This document shows, piece after piece, positions 1 through 9,355 of a stretch of 64,000 nt of DNA. Every line of letters starts with the position of its first letter. Position 1 is the stretch's first letter. This stretch comes from an uncultured Candidatus Bathyarchaeia archaeon. Its GTDB lineage: Archaea; Thermoproteota; Bathyarchaeia; Bathyarchaeales; Bathycorpusculaceae. Position numbers and translations under genes: made by a program. The notes beneath the pieces are model-generated. The model had not been told where the DNA came from. It did not search any database and saw only the letters and a list, made by a program, of their open reading frames with translations. The DNA is taken from NCBI GenBank assembly GCA_964603675.1, contig CAZRVS010000006.1:19587-83586 (forward strand). The letters are read 5' to 3'.

Positions 1-12
1 GATTTTCAAGAG

Positions 13-300
13 CTATTCTTTCTTTTTAAGTTTCATTTCCATCTGTTTCGGTGCTGCCCTCTTTGTCAACTCAAAGGCTTGTTCATCGTTGAAGCCTTCT
101 TCCTTAAGCTTGTTGTGGTAAGACCACAGCATCTTAGCCTGTATGCCCATGAGTGCCTCCAAATCGGATCTTGCTTCGGTAAGTTGAGTAATTGCCTTCT
201 TCAGCTTCTCTCTTTCCAATCTGTGATCGCCCCCCTTTACATTTTGTTTCGTATCGTTGAAAGAGTGACTTTCAAACAACACCGATTCCTTATGTGCCAT
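13..300 (-). CDS. hypothetical small charged, probably coiled-coil protein
   Basis: 95-aa ORF with a lysine/glutamate-rich, helix-like composition. The overlapping plus-strand ORF (79-306) has an implausible composition. No family recognised. Confidence 0.4.
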   Translation of the reverse strand: MAHKESVLFESHSFNDTKQNVKGGDHRLEREKLKKAITQLTEARSDLEALMGIQAKMLWSYHNKLKEEGFNDEQAFELTKRAAPKQMEMKLKKKE

Positions 301-351
301 CTTTGAGAACTTAAAACTTGTTAATTCTATACATTAAGTCCTCTAAGACTG

Positions 352-1284
352 ATGTTTCGAAAGAAGTTTAAGAATCTAATGTATTCTTGTCTTATTATGG
401 CAGAACCAACTTTCTTGGTCATAACTACTGCAAAAAACGAGAAAAACGAGGGGCTCCTTGAAGAGACTTTTCAAAACTGGGAAACGGTCAAGCAGTTCTT
501 TGAGAAGAAGATGGGCAAGAAAATAGAATTCGTGATCGTTGACGCAGGAGGAAACGCAGATTTTCCAGAATTGAGCGATTCCAATTTAATAGCTTACGAA
601 ACTTATAAGAAATATAGATCAGGACTCTACAAATCTGGAAAGATCAAGTACAAGTCATGGGATTCTCCTACAATAGGCAGAAACCTCGGTTTTTCTTATG
701 CAAGAGGAAGCATTGTGGTCTTTCAGGATATAGATACCCGATTTTCTAGCGGCACTGAGTTGGATCTTAAGTATGTAACTCCAAAGCTTGACAAATATGA
801 TAACTACTTTGAGGTGATGTATAAGGCGTTAAGAAGTAAGAACATTGTAGGGGCAGCTCTTTCTGCCAGAGCGAGTAACACCCGGAAGCTCAGTCGTAGA
901 TTTGGAACCATTGGGGAGAACCACACTGTTTGGTTTTCGACAAAAATCCCGACCATAAAAATACGGGGCACTCCAATCTCGGGTCCAAGTGTTCCAGGAT
1001 TCAGTATTGCTGTTCTGCATGACGTAGCTCTTAGAATTTGTGCAGATGAGGGGTATCTGTACGATCCAGAATTAGCTGTGGCAGAAGACCACAAGTTTTC
1101 AAGGATTTTAGGCGAGTATGGAAGGGTTTCTTATGAAAAACGGGCAGGCGTATTTACGAGGACTATTAACAGGGTTAGTCCTGGTTTTGATTTGCTGAAA
1201 TCTTTTCTTTATCCTTTCATGTGGATAATTCCTTATTCATTTCCAGATGCTTGGAAATATAGAAGACACACTTTTTCGATATGA
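352..1284 (+). CDS. glycosyltransferase family 2-like protein
   Basis: The N-terminal FLVITTAKNE ... VIVDAGGN and the FQDIDTRF (DxD-like) motif resemble a GT-A fold. The real start may be the internal Met at MAEPTF. Confidence 0.5.
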   Translation: MFRKKFKNLMYSCLIMAEPTFLVITTAKNEKNEGLLEETFQNWETVKQFFEKKMGKKIEFVIVDAGGNADFPELSDSNLIAYETYKKYRSGLYKSGKIKYKSWDSPTIGRNLGFSYARGSIVVFQDIDTRFSSGTELDLKYVTPKLDKYDNYFEVMYKALRSKNIVGAALSARASNTRKLSRRFGTIGENHTVWFSTKIPTIKIRGTPISGPSVPGFSIAVLHDVALRICADEGYLYDPELAVAEDHKFSRILGEYGRVSYEKRAGVFTRTINRVSPGFDLLKSFLYPFMWIIPYSFPDAWKYRRHTFSI

Positions 1285-1527
1285 ATGCATGCCACATAGA
1301 TTGAATGCGCTCGCTAGAAAGAGCCGGCAAATTGCTATTACTTTGAGGTATCGCGTGAAAAGTGACTCTCTGGCTGTAGCCATAGCCAAAGACTCAATCG
1401 CGTGAAAACCCACCAGAAAGCTTAAGAATGAACAGAGTGAAGCATGCACTTTTCCCATGTCAAAAGCGCCTTAATGGAAATTTCAGAGTGCTAAAAAAAT
1501 TTTGCGACTACATATATTGTTCTCCAC

Positions 1528-1563
1528 AGTGTTTAGTTAGTTCAGACTAACGAAACACTTTTT
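1528..1563 (+). terminator. stem-loop followed by a T5 run (terminator-like)
   Basis: AGTGTTTAGTTAG / CTAACGAAACACT pairs at 12 of 13 positions with a 6-nt loop, followed immediately by TTTTT. It lies in a 500-bp ORF-free spacer. Confidence 0.3.
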
Positions 1564-1780
1564 CCGTGGTTTCTCGAGTGTCCGGGGGAAATTCTATTTA
1601 CACGCGCGCGCTAAAACAGGGCGGAAAGTGGAGTGCGGGGGTTCCCAACACACGTTTACCGGTAAAAACTTTTGATTTAAGGTGGAATTACCTGTTCCAA
1701 AGCTCAAATGCGATGAAGCCCAACCATTTGCTTTGCATGCATATAATCTGCCATCTGCAAAATAACTCTGTTACAAACAA

Positions 1781-2125
1781 TTAACTGGCTAATTGTTTGG
1801 CCAGTTCCGCGAAGAAAAGGTCAATTCGCTGCCTTGTTCGTCCAAATTCAACCATCGCCGTAATCGTCGTAATTGGTGTCTCTGCCGCAACTGAAACTCT
1901 CGTCGTGTTCTCGTCTACAGGCACCGCGTCAATTAGAAGTACTGAACTCCATGACATGAGACCTGCTTTCGTCTTTGCTTTAACGTGATGCGCTGTGTCA
2001 TCAATTTGTTCCATATTCCATTCTAGGCTGGTGAGCGCCTTTGGAATAGCCGTCCAAACCTTGTTTACGTGATAATCTATTTCTACTGTCTCCTTCTCTT
2101 TCCGCAGGTAAGCCATCTTATCCAC
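1781..2125 (-). CDS. hypothetical protein (possibly SRPBCC-like small ligand-binding fold)
   Basis: 114-aa ORF with normal composition. The fold guess rests only on the beta-rich pattern followed by a C-terminal helix. Confidence 0.4.
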   Translation of the reverse strand: MDKMAYLRKEKETVEIDYHVNKVWTAIPKALTSLEWNMEQIDDTAHHVKAKTKAGLMSWSSVLLIDAVPVDENTTRVSVAAETPITTITAMVEFGRTRQRIDLFFAELAKQLAS

Positions 2126-2436
2126 AGCAAATCCCTTCGGCGCCTTCTATTTAAAAACTTAGCGCGTGCTAAGAACAAAAAATGATAGAACGCTTTCTAG
2201 AGAATGGAGAAAAATTGGAAAACTGCAAAGTTCTCTTACACCGCTGCCGCGCATCCACAAAACAAATCGGCCAGGACAGAGTTCTTATTCAAAAATTCCT
2301 AGAGAAGGCTTCACTATAGTTCTAGAAACTCCATAGAAGTTTAAAGTCGAATTGTGCGGATGTACGCAGTAATATTGTACCAAATTTTTGCTTTTTTCCT
2401 ATTTCAATCGTGTTACTGCGCACGCGCTCAGTATTC

Positions 2437-3027
2437 TCATTGATTTTTCACCTCCGTTCGATTTTTCTTTTCTTTATTGAGTCCATATCTTCCAAACTCT
2501 TCTAGGCTTACGATTTTCTCCAGTTTTTTCTTTCTTCTGAAGAAATGCAAAACCTTGCTTGCCAAGTCCACTGTCTCACGACGATAACCTAATGCTAGAA
2601 GAGCTACTACTCTGAATCTTTCTGGGATTCTTAGAAGTTTTTTAACATGATCCTCGTTGAAGCTTCCAATCCAGCATGTAGCCAAGCCTTCGCTGGTAGC
2701 GGTCAAAACCATGTTTTGCATAGCAATAGTCGTATCAACCACATGCCAGTTGGGCGACGCTTTTTTATCTCCGCACCCCACCAATACAACAGGTGATTCC
2801 ACCAAGAACTTGGCGTATCTTTCTTTTGACAGCTTCTTCCTTTTCTGTTGGTCGGTGACAACTATGAAGTGCCATGGTTGTATGTTTCCAGCAGAAGGTG
2901 CCAAACGTGCGGCTTCCAAGATTTTTTTCAATTTCCCCCTCGGCACTTCACGGGACAGATATGACCTAACTGAATGTCTCTTTCGGATTGCCTCAAACAC
3001 TTCCATTGGATCTCCCCCATCGAGCAA
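2437..3027 (-). CDS. nitroreductase family protein
   Basis: The N-terminal EAIRKRHSVRSY ... ILEAARLAPSAGNIQPWHFIVV is the classic nitroreductase signature. Confidence 0.85.
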   Translation of the reverse strand: MLDGGDPMEVFEAIRKRHSVRSYLSREVPRGKLKKILEAARLAPSAGNIQPWHFIVVTDQQKRKKLSKERYAKFLVESPVVLVGCGDKKASPNWHVVDTTIAMQNMVLTATSEGLATCWIGSFNEDHVKKLLRIPERFRVVALLALGYRRETVDLASKVLHFFRRKKKLEKIVSLEEFGRYGLNKEKKNRTEVKNQ

Positions 3028-3229
3028 GACTTAGTCCGAATTAACTGATATGTGATTCAGCATGTATTGTGTGTGGGAAGGCTTAAATTTTAACCCCCAA
3101 ACCCAACAATTAGCGCGCGCGACAAAATCGTGCTTGTGGGAAACTTGTTTTATAGTTTCTTTGCGCTTCAATCTTTAAACTGTAGTATGGCATAGGTTAT
3201 TGTTAGTATGAGGTCAGGTTGATGGTTGT

Positions 3230-3577
3230 ATGGACATAGAAAGAGAGATTGTCTCATATCTTGTTAAATATGGAAATACCAAAGAAAGCGACATAGTCGA
3301 TTATGGCGCGAGGAAGTTTAATCACTCTTCAAAGGATATGAAAAAGGTTGTAGATCGAATGGTGGTTAAGGGCCGAATTCACCGTATTGTCCATGACAAG
3401 CTCAAACCGCCTGGAGTTTACGTTAGCTTGAAAGAGCCTTTTCATCCTGATGTTCTGAAAGCTCTAATTGAAGTTGACATATCGGAAGTTGCCGGGAAAG
3501 ACGCGCAGAAAATTCTCGAAGAGGCTGCAGCGATTGCAAAAAAGAGAATCAGAGAGATTGAATCAGCAGATATATAG
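3230..3577 (+). CDS. hypothetical protein, possibly winged-helix
   Basis: 115-aa ORF with plausible composition. No specific motif recognised. Confidence 0.4.
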   Translation: MDIEREIVSYLVKYGNTKESDIVDYGARKFNHSSKDMKKVVDRMVVKGRIHRIVHDKLKPPGVYVSLKEPFHPDVLKALIEVDISEVAGKDAQKILEEAAAIAKKRIREIESADI

Positions 3578-3854
3578 ACTACTTCTTTGGATTGTCAAGG
3601 AGCTAGGTTGCGCACCTGGAGACATAGAAGAAATATAGGCTGTCGTGAAGCGTGAAGCAAAAGAAAAGCCTAAAGCTGCTGAAGGTGAGCAAGCGAAGGA
3701 AAAACCCGCTGAAAAACGTGTAAAACTTTCCCGTTTTGCCTTTGTATGTGGCAAGGAAGGAACTGTTGTTCAAATTGGATAGCGCGTTTGTCTGCTCTGA
3801 ACCAAAGAGTATTTGTGACAAGAACTGCATTGGTTTTGGAGACGAGGTGAAACG

Positions 3855-4589
3855 TTGTTGAAGCAAAAAAGAGGCTACAGACGCGGCTATCCAGTTGCAA
3901 TCTTGACAGTATTAGAGGAGGACCGAGCTGTCTTATGGAAGATCTTCAGCAACGTTGTCAAGCCTGAAAGGACTCTTTGGCTTGACGGAACCAGAGATGA
4001 CCCGAAAGCCTTGTACAACTTTCACGAATCAATCGTCAACGCCTTGAGGCCCACGCTGAAAGAAGGCGTCAGAAGCATAATCCTTGCATCTTCGGCGGGG
4101 AACAATCACACCCAAAGATTCATTGATCACATTCGAGGGCATCATGCATGGCTCATCCAAGGCCCGAACAAGGCCGTATTCTCTGAGGCAACTGGGTCTG
4201 CAGGCACATTGTCTGAAGTAACCGTCCTGACAAGGACTCCTACGTTTCACCGGTTAATCTGCGAAACCACCTCAGAGGAGACAGAAAATCTCATTGAGCT
4301 GCTGGAAAAACGTCTCAACGCTCCAAGTCACGACACGGTTGTGCTGTATTCTCTTGAGGAAGTGGAGGACCTGATCCTTGGTCCGCGGAAGCCCAACAGG
4401 CCTAAGCCTGAATACCTCATGCTCACCGACAAGTACCTTTCGGACAGCAGCGAAAAGAATAGGATACACAGGCTGATGCAGATAGCCACAAACAAAAATG
4501 TCAAAACAAGAATAGTTGACGCAGAATCAACAGCAGGTCTGCGCCTTACACAACTGGGCGGACTTGTCTGTTTAGCACAGTTTGAATAG
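3855..4589 (+). CDS. eRF1/Pelota-like (aeRF1 superfamily) domain protein lacking the canonical N domain
   Basis: TTG start. VRSIILASSAGNNHTQRF, TGSAGTLSEV, VVLYSLEEVEDLILG and the C-terminal ESTAGLRLTQLGGLVCLAQFE follow the central and C-domain pattern of eRF1/Pelota. Confidence 0.5.
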   Translation: MLKQKRGYRRGYPVAILTVLEEDRAVLWKIFSNVVKPERTLWLDGTRDDPKALYNFHESIVNALRPTLKEGVRSIILASSAGNNHTQRFIDHIRGHHAWLIQGPNKAVFSEATGSAGTLSEVTVLTRTPTFHRLICETTSEETENLIELLEKRLNAPSHDTVVLYSLEEVEDLILGPRKPNRPKPEYLMLTDKYLSDSSEKNRIHRLMQIATNKNVKTRIVDAESTAGLRLTQLGGLVCLAQFE

Positions 4590-4709
4590 GCAACCACGGA
4601 ATTATACACGCGTTACATTGTTGGTAGGCCAGAGAAAAAAGGGGGTTGCGCGGGTGATATCTCCACTCGTCTCGGGTTCAAACCCGGCCCTCGGCACCAC
4701 AATGTACCG

Positions 4710-5123
4710 TCACTTGATGTTTTCTTTGAATGTTAAAGCGATATTGATGTGAGGAGTAATTTGAACTTCGCCACTTGGATTCGTTCTTAAAACTTTGAAC
4801 TGCATACTATGCGGGAAGGCTTGAATAATGTCTTCTAAGAAGTCGCTTGGAATTATTCCGACATCTCTGATTTCCAATGGATGCCAAAGCAGAAGGTAAT
4901 ACTTGATTTTTCTTGCTACGGTTCTTAGAATGTTTTCGTAGTGTGGATCTCTATGATGTTCTTGAATTAGATGTCTTTTTGTTGGTGTAGAAGTTAAGTA
5001 ACAGTCATCCAATTCGATAATAACTTCTTCCGCTTCCTTTATTCCAGAAATTCTTTGGTCAATTATTCGACTACTACTATTCACTTGCTGAGCCTTCTTA
5101 AGCGAATCTGAACCTACTGCCAA
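4710..5123 (-). CDS. hypothetical protein
   Basis: 137-aa ORF with no recognisable family. It is bracketed by direct repeats (see findings). Confidence 0.4.
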   Translation of the reverse strand: MAVGSDSLKKAQQVNSSSRIIDQRISGIKEAEEVIIELDDCYLTSTPTKRHLIQEHHRDPHYENILRTVARKIKYYLLLWHPLEIRDVGIIPSDFLEDIIQAFPHSMQFKVLRTNPSGEVQITPHINIALTFKENIK

Positions 5124-5857
5124 TTACTTTTTCGTTTTGTAGAATATGAAGGTAATGTCCAATAAAGAGAAAAGGGGGTTACGCTTGAGGCATCTCGGAC
5201 GGTCATATCTTCCGCCGAACCGTCATATTCTCGGTCCAAGCTCGTTTCTTAGCTGGATTCGAACCCTTTTGGGTATGGGCCCCGTCGGGCCCGCCATCTA
5301 CAGCGCGCTTAACTTATTGATTATTAGCATAGGTCATAATGAACAACCTTGACTGCCCGTAGTAACCTTACCACGTACATCATACCTTTGTATGTACGTA
5401 GTAACGAAAAAAGAGGGGAATCGCGGGAGACATTGCCAAGTGCATCTTATTGAATGCCTATAAATATGAGTTGCAGAAATCAATATGAGTAACTTCTTTT
5501 TCCGACCGATAAATCAGAGTTACTCGGACGGCAACTAGTGGCTAATTCTTACATGGTTCAATCATTGCGCATTTGTTCTCCTTTGAGAAGTGTAGTTTAG
5601 CCAATTTAAAATGCTAAGCGAATGCGCACAATATTACTGTGCGCGCGATGATGTTTTTACCCACAACTCACAAGAACTGAAGCCAAAAATAGCACACCAT
5701 AGAAGTCTCTTTGATTGTGAATAGTCAAATCAGAATCACACAGCAATTTAGAAACAGAAAAATAAGACATATTGATTTTCTAATCAGTTAGAAAAATCTT
5801 CGTTTGAATTTCACTTGTTCAATGAATAACTCCAACTTTGAGATGGGTTCTGGAACT

Positions 5858-6046
5858 TTATGTAACTATCTTTGATGCTTGTTCGCCACGCATTCCCCAG
5901 TTGCTTTTTGGAATCTCATGGATGATTATGTGTAGACTCTCAGCTTTAACGCCGATGCCCTCAAATGCTTTGGTAATTCCTTTTATAAGCTGGGATTTTT
6001 GCTCATCAGTTCTTCCAACCCACATCTCAACTATGACCACAGGCAC
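5858..6046 (-). CDS. 4-oxalocrotonate tautomerase family protein
   Basis: PVVIVEMWVGRTDEQKSQLIKGITKAF is a tautomerase beta-alpha-beta unit. A GTG at 6046 preceded by GGAGGTGA gives the mature Pro1 and about 62 aa. The ATG at 6076 adds 10 unlikely residues. Confidence 0.8.
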   Translation of the reverse strand: MPVVIVEMWVGRTDEQKSQLIKGITKAFEGIGVKAESLHIIIHEIPKSNWGMRGEQASKIVT

Positions 6047-6219
6047 AGAATCACCTCCAACTTTTACACATCTCAAATGGGCTCATACTTAATAAATTAT
6101 TACTTCGAGAATAGTCATGGAAAACGTTTTCATAGCTACGAAAGTTAATTTGCCAGAAGGTTCCGAACACTAGCAACTAACTGTTTATGATAATAGAATC
6201 AGTTGTTACTCAAGAGTTT

Positions 6220-6696
6220 CTAAGACTTCTTTCTCTTCAGGAAATCTGGGCGAGTGGAGTCATATGCAACAGAAGCCTCTTGGTCGCTAACGAGCGGTTC
6301 GAGAAACTTTTGTACATTCAGCCTGTCCCAATCACCTGCGGCCTCATGAGCGTCCACGTAATTCTTAGGCATTGGATGTGTTCCAACGACCACGGGTAGA
6401 CCCACGTAATTCTCGATGTACTGGATGAAATCACGAATATAAGGACATGGCGGATAACCAGCCAAGAATCCTGACGCAAGGTGTATGACCTCGGCTCCAT
6501 ATTTTTTCATCTCTGCAGGACTCGACTCCAAGCGCTCTCCAGGACAGCCACCACACGTCACCCAGCCAACAACCTCAATTGGCTCATCCTTGGAATATCT
6601 CGCGAAAGCTCCAGACCTATCTTTCAAAGCCATGAAACATTTTCCGCCAGTGCACGTTCTGTTCCTTTCACATATCACGATTCCCAGTTTGACCAT
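6220..6696 (-). CDS. CGGC domain-containing protein
   Basis: VTCGGCPG motif with additional conserved Cys residues; length typical of CGGC-domain proteins. Confidence 0.75.
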   Translation of the reverse strand: MVKLGIVICERNRTCTGGKCFMALKDRSGAFARYSKDEPIEVVGWVTCGGCPGERLESSPAEMKKYGAEVIHLASGFLAGYPPCPYIRDFIQYIENYVGLPVVVGTHPMPKNYVDAHEAAGDWDRLNVQKFLEPLVSDQEASVAYDSTRPDFLKRKKS

Positions 6697-6825
6697 GGCG
6701 AATCAAAGCTAATCTAAGAAACCCTCTAATAAATCTTTTTTTACAAGTTGAGCCTTTCTACCGACTATCTTAATATGTTATGATTTCTCAAGCATTTTCG
6801 GTTAAAGCAACACCACCATTACAAG

Positions 6826-7683
6826 CTACCGGTTTAGTATATATATGCCCAATGCAACGCATGAAATCCCTATGACTTCGGTGAAATGAACCGTTTCGCC
6901 TAGAAATAGCCACCCCAGAAACACGGCGAAAACCGGAATAAGGAATTGGTAAGGAGACACTTGAGTGACATCATAGTTTTTGAGCAAATAGAAATAGATG
7001 ATGAAACCCAATGCTGAACTCACGATAGCCAGATAGACTATTATTAGGGCAAGTTGAGGCGTGATTATCAGCGAGAATGTTGTTTGATCAAAAGAACTGC
7101 CAGTTAGGAGGAAAACGCCGCACGTGAGGGATACAACTGAGCTTATAAAAAGCAAATCTTCAGTCTTAATCAGTTTCTTGAACATTATAGTGAAGATTGA
7201 ATAACTGAAAGCAGCTAACAAAACGAGGAGACCTCCGAAACCAGCTAGACCTTCTGAGAGTTCCGCAAAAATTAACACCACTCCTAGAAAACCTCCCAAA
7301 TTAGCAACAGCCTTTTTCCAAGTAAAAGATTCCTTCAAAACAAAAATGGCTAGAACTGCAACCATGATGGGTTGCGTATTGAAAAGTATAGAAGCTGTAC
7401 CACCACTAATGTACTGCATGCCGAAATGCAAAAAGCCAAATTCCAATGTAGCGAAAACGCCCAAGAAAACGGGTACAAACAGCGCTCTCAAATTACTGGG
7501 ATGGTGACCACGAGCAAACATGAGTATCAAGAGTACTGTCCCGGCGAGAAGATAACGTAGGCCTGCAAAAATCAGCGGGGGACTGGTATTGAGACCGAGT
7601 TTTATCGCAACGAACTCAGACGCCCAAATCACAGAAAGCAAAGTGAAAAGGACAGCTAACCTTAGACTTGGTGTCAGGCGCAT
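6826..7683 (-). CDS. EamA/DMT family transporter
   Basis: About 10 hydrophobic segments with a duplicated EamA-like architecture over 285 aa. Confidence 0.85.
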   Translation of the reverse strand: MRLTPSLRLAVLFTLLSVIWASEFVAIKLGLNTSPPLIFAGLRYLLAGTVLLILMFARGHHPSNLRALFVPVFLGVFATLEFGFLHFGMQYISGGTASILFNTQPIMVAVLAIFVLKESFTWKKAVANLGGFLGVVLIFAELSEGLAGFGGLLVLLAAFSYSIFTIMFKKLIKTEDLLFISSVVSLTCGVFLLTGSSFDQTTFSLIITPQLALIIVYLAIVSSALGFIIYFYLLKNYDVTQVSPYQFLIPVFAVFLGWLFLGETVHFTEVIGISCVALGIYILNR

Positions 7684-7822
7684 CGTAATCTACCAATCTA
7701 CATTCAATATTTTGACTTGAAACAATTCTGTGTTTTGCTTCATCATCTTCTAAGACTATTTTTGACGGTAATGATAATTAGCCTTTTAAGTATTTTTCTC
7801 AATAGATATTTCACGATGGCCT

Positions 7823-8284
7823 TTGCGGAAAATTTCACGTGACCAGTTAGATTCTGCTACTATAGAAGCTGCTTTGAAAGGAAAAACTCTCCTTGTATAT
7901 TGGTACCTGTTGCAACAACCCATGCACTCCGTAGGCGTTCGCGAAGTTCAGCGCGCTCTGGACTTTTCCAGTCCAAGCATCGCAGCGCACCACCTTGAAA
8001 AACTGCAGGATTTGAAGCTCGTTGAAAAAAAGGGAACGGGCGATTATGTGCTTGAAGAAGAAGTAAAAGTCGGAATTTTACGGATGTTTACGCGAATGGG
8101 ACGTTTTCTAGTGCCTCGATACTTCTTCTATTCTGTCTTGTTTTCCACCATGCTTGTAGCTTATTTGGTTCTAAGCGTCTTAGGCCAAATAGCTCCTAGC
8201 CTATACGCCGTAGTGTTTAGCTCAATTGCAGTTCTTATTTTTTGGATTGAAACCGTCAGATTATGGAGGGCGAAGCCATTTTGA
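7823..8284 (+). CDS. winged-helix DNA-binding protein with C-terminal membrane segments
   Basis: VREVQRALDFSSPSIAAHHLEKLQDLKLVEKK looks like an ArsR-type wHTH. Two C-terminal hydrophobic helices follow. Confidence 0.55.
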   Translation: MRKISRDQLDSATIEAALKGKTLLVYWYLLQQPMHSVGVREVQRALDFSSPSIAAHHLEKLQDLKLVEKKGTGDYVLEEEVKVGILRMFTRMGRFLVPRYFFYSVLFSTMLVAYLVLSVLGQIAPSLYAVVFSSIAVLIFWIETVRLWRAKPF

Positions 8285-8342
8285 GACTACAACATACTGT
8301 TCTAAAATGTAGACTTAAAAGAAGCCAGTTGCACTATCCTCT

Positions 8343-8624
8343 ATGGAGGCAGACATTTTGAAGAAAATTCTGCTTTACTCTGCGATTGCTGTGGCTCTAG
8401 GACTACTACTAACGTTGGTTCCGCTGACAATACTATTTGAAACTATGGATGAAAGCAAGAGCGCATTTTTCATGGAAAATACGCCTCGCGGAACGATGGG
8501 AGGAAATGGTGACAGCGTTCTGCCCGCACTGAAATTCTCAATCACTGATTTTGGGATTCTAGCCACCAGCTTTGTGGTTGCACTAGTCGCTTACGCACTG
8601 ATTAGGTCAAGAATTCTGCGTTAA
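8343..8624 (+). CDS. small membrane protein
   Basis: 93 aa with an N-terminal and a C-terminal hydrophobic helix. Confidence 0.4.
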   Translation: MEADILKKILLYSAIAVALGLLLTLVPLTILFETMDESKSAFFMENTPRGTMGGNGDSVLPALKFSITDFGILATSFVVALVAYALIRSRILR

Positions 8625-8766
8625 ATATTCCTTCATTAATCTCAGCATAATTTTGAATAGTGATTATGAAGAATTATGTGGCAACAAGGCGCGAAGACAA
8701 AAGACGGCACCCTCAGACTTATAAAGTCTTCAAGAAGATAAGTCGTATCATCGGGGGTGATAATTT

Positions 8767-9264
8767 TTGACTGAGACAGAAAGTGGTAAACCGCCTAAGC
8801 AAGAAGAATTGGCAGGATTGCAGGAAAAAGCGACGCGATATTTCTGTGACCGGCCAAGCAACTTTCCTGTTGGACGACCGTTCAACTGTTGTGAAAGCGT
8901 GCTTTTGACTTTGAAAGATCGTATAGCTACGGAATCTGAGGTGATCCCCAAAGTTGGGACGGGTATCGGCGCAGGAGTATCGCTAAACGGATTGCTCTGT
9001 GGAGCTGTCTCAAGTGTAGTCATAGCAATAGGCCTGAAGTATGGCAGAACTAGCGCAGAAGTAAACCCTCAGCCAGTGTGGAATATGATTGACAAGTATG
9101 TATCAGAATTCAAGGACAAATTTGGCTACGTAAATTGCAGGGAGTTAACTGGTTTAGATATAAAAACTAAAGAAGGCTTAACGGAATACTTCACTAAAGT
9201 TCACGATTATGCCTGTGTTGCAAGACTAAAATTTGCAGTTCAGAAAGCGCTAGAAATTCTTTAG
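8767..9264 (+). CDS. C_GCAxxG_C_C family protein
   Basis: FNCCESVLL ... LCGAVSSVV ... YVNCRELTG ... YACV matches the Cys pattern of this family. TTG start. Confidence 0.7.
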   Translation: MTETESGKPPKQEELAGLQEKATRYFCDRPSNFPVGRPFNCCESVLLTLKDRIATESEVIPKVGTGIGAGVSLNGLLCGAVSSVVIAIGLKYGRTSAEVNPQPVWNMIDKYVSEFKDKFGYVNCRELTGLDIKTKEGLTEYFTKVHDYACVARLKFAVQKALEIL

Positions 9265-9355
9265 AAGCAACTTATCAGACTTTTCAAGATCTCACAAAAA
9301 ACAAATTTACTTATTTTTTATTAATATTAAAGAAAATAGGGTTTAATACTGACGC

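Noticed and set aside
1237-1784. Short ORFs (73 aa minus strand, 72 aa plus strand) in the 500-bp spacer after the glycosyltransferase gene
   Set aside because: Their composition is poor, they have no ribosome-binding sites and no motifs. The region is more likely non-coding, and only the terminator-like hairpin is reported.
4668-4699. tRNA-like 3' end (CGGGTTCAAACCCGG CCCTCGGC A CCA)
   Set aside because: Only a 4-bp stem with a 6-nt loop forms in place of a T arm. No matching 5' acceptor strand, D arm or anticodon arm exists upstream. I treat it as a fragment at most, not a tRNA gene.
5146-5352. 68-aa plus-strand ORF, and a reversed GGTTCGAATCC T-loop motif suggesting a minus-strand tRNA
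   Set aside because: The ORF has an odd composition and no ribosome-binding site. The flanks of the T-loop motif do not pair (GGG/CCA mismatch), and I could not build a cloverleaf, even allowing for an intron.
5647-5680. Possible C/D box sRNA (GATGATGT ... CTGA)
   Set aside because: The C box is imperfect (it ends in U, not A). There are no C'/D' boxes and no terminal stem, and the 34-nt span is too short.
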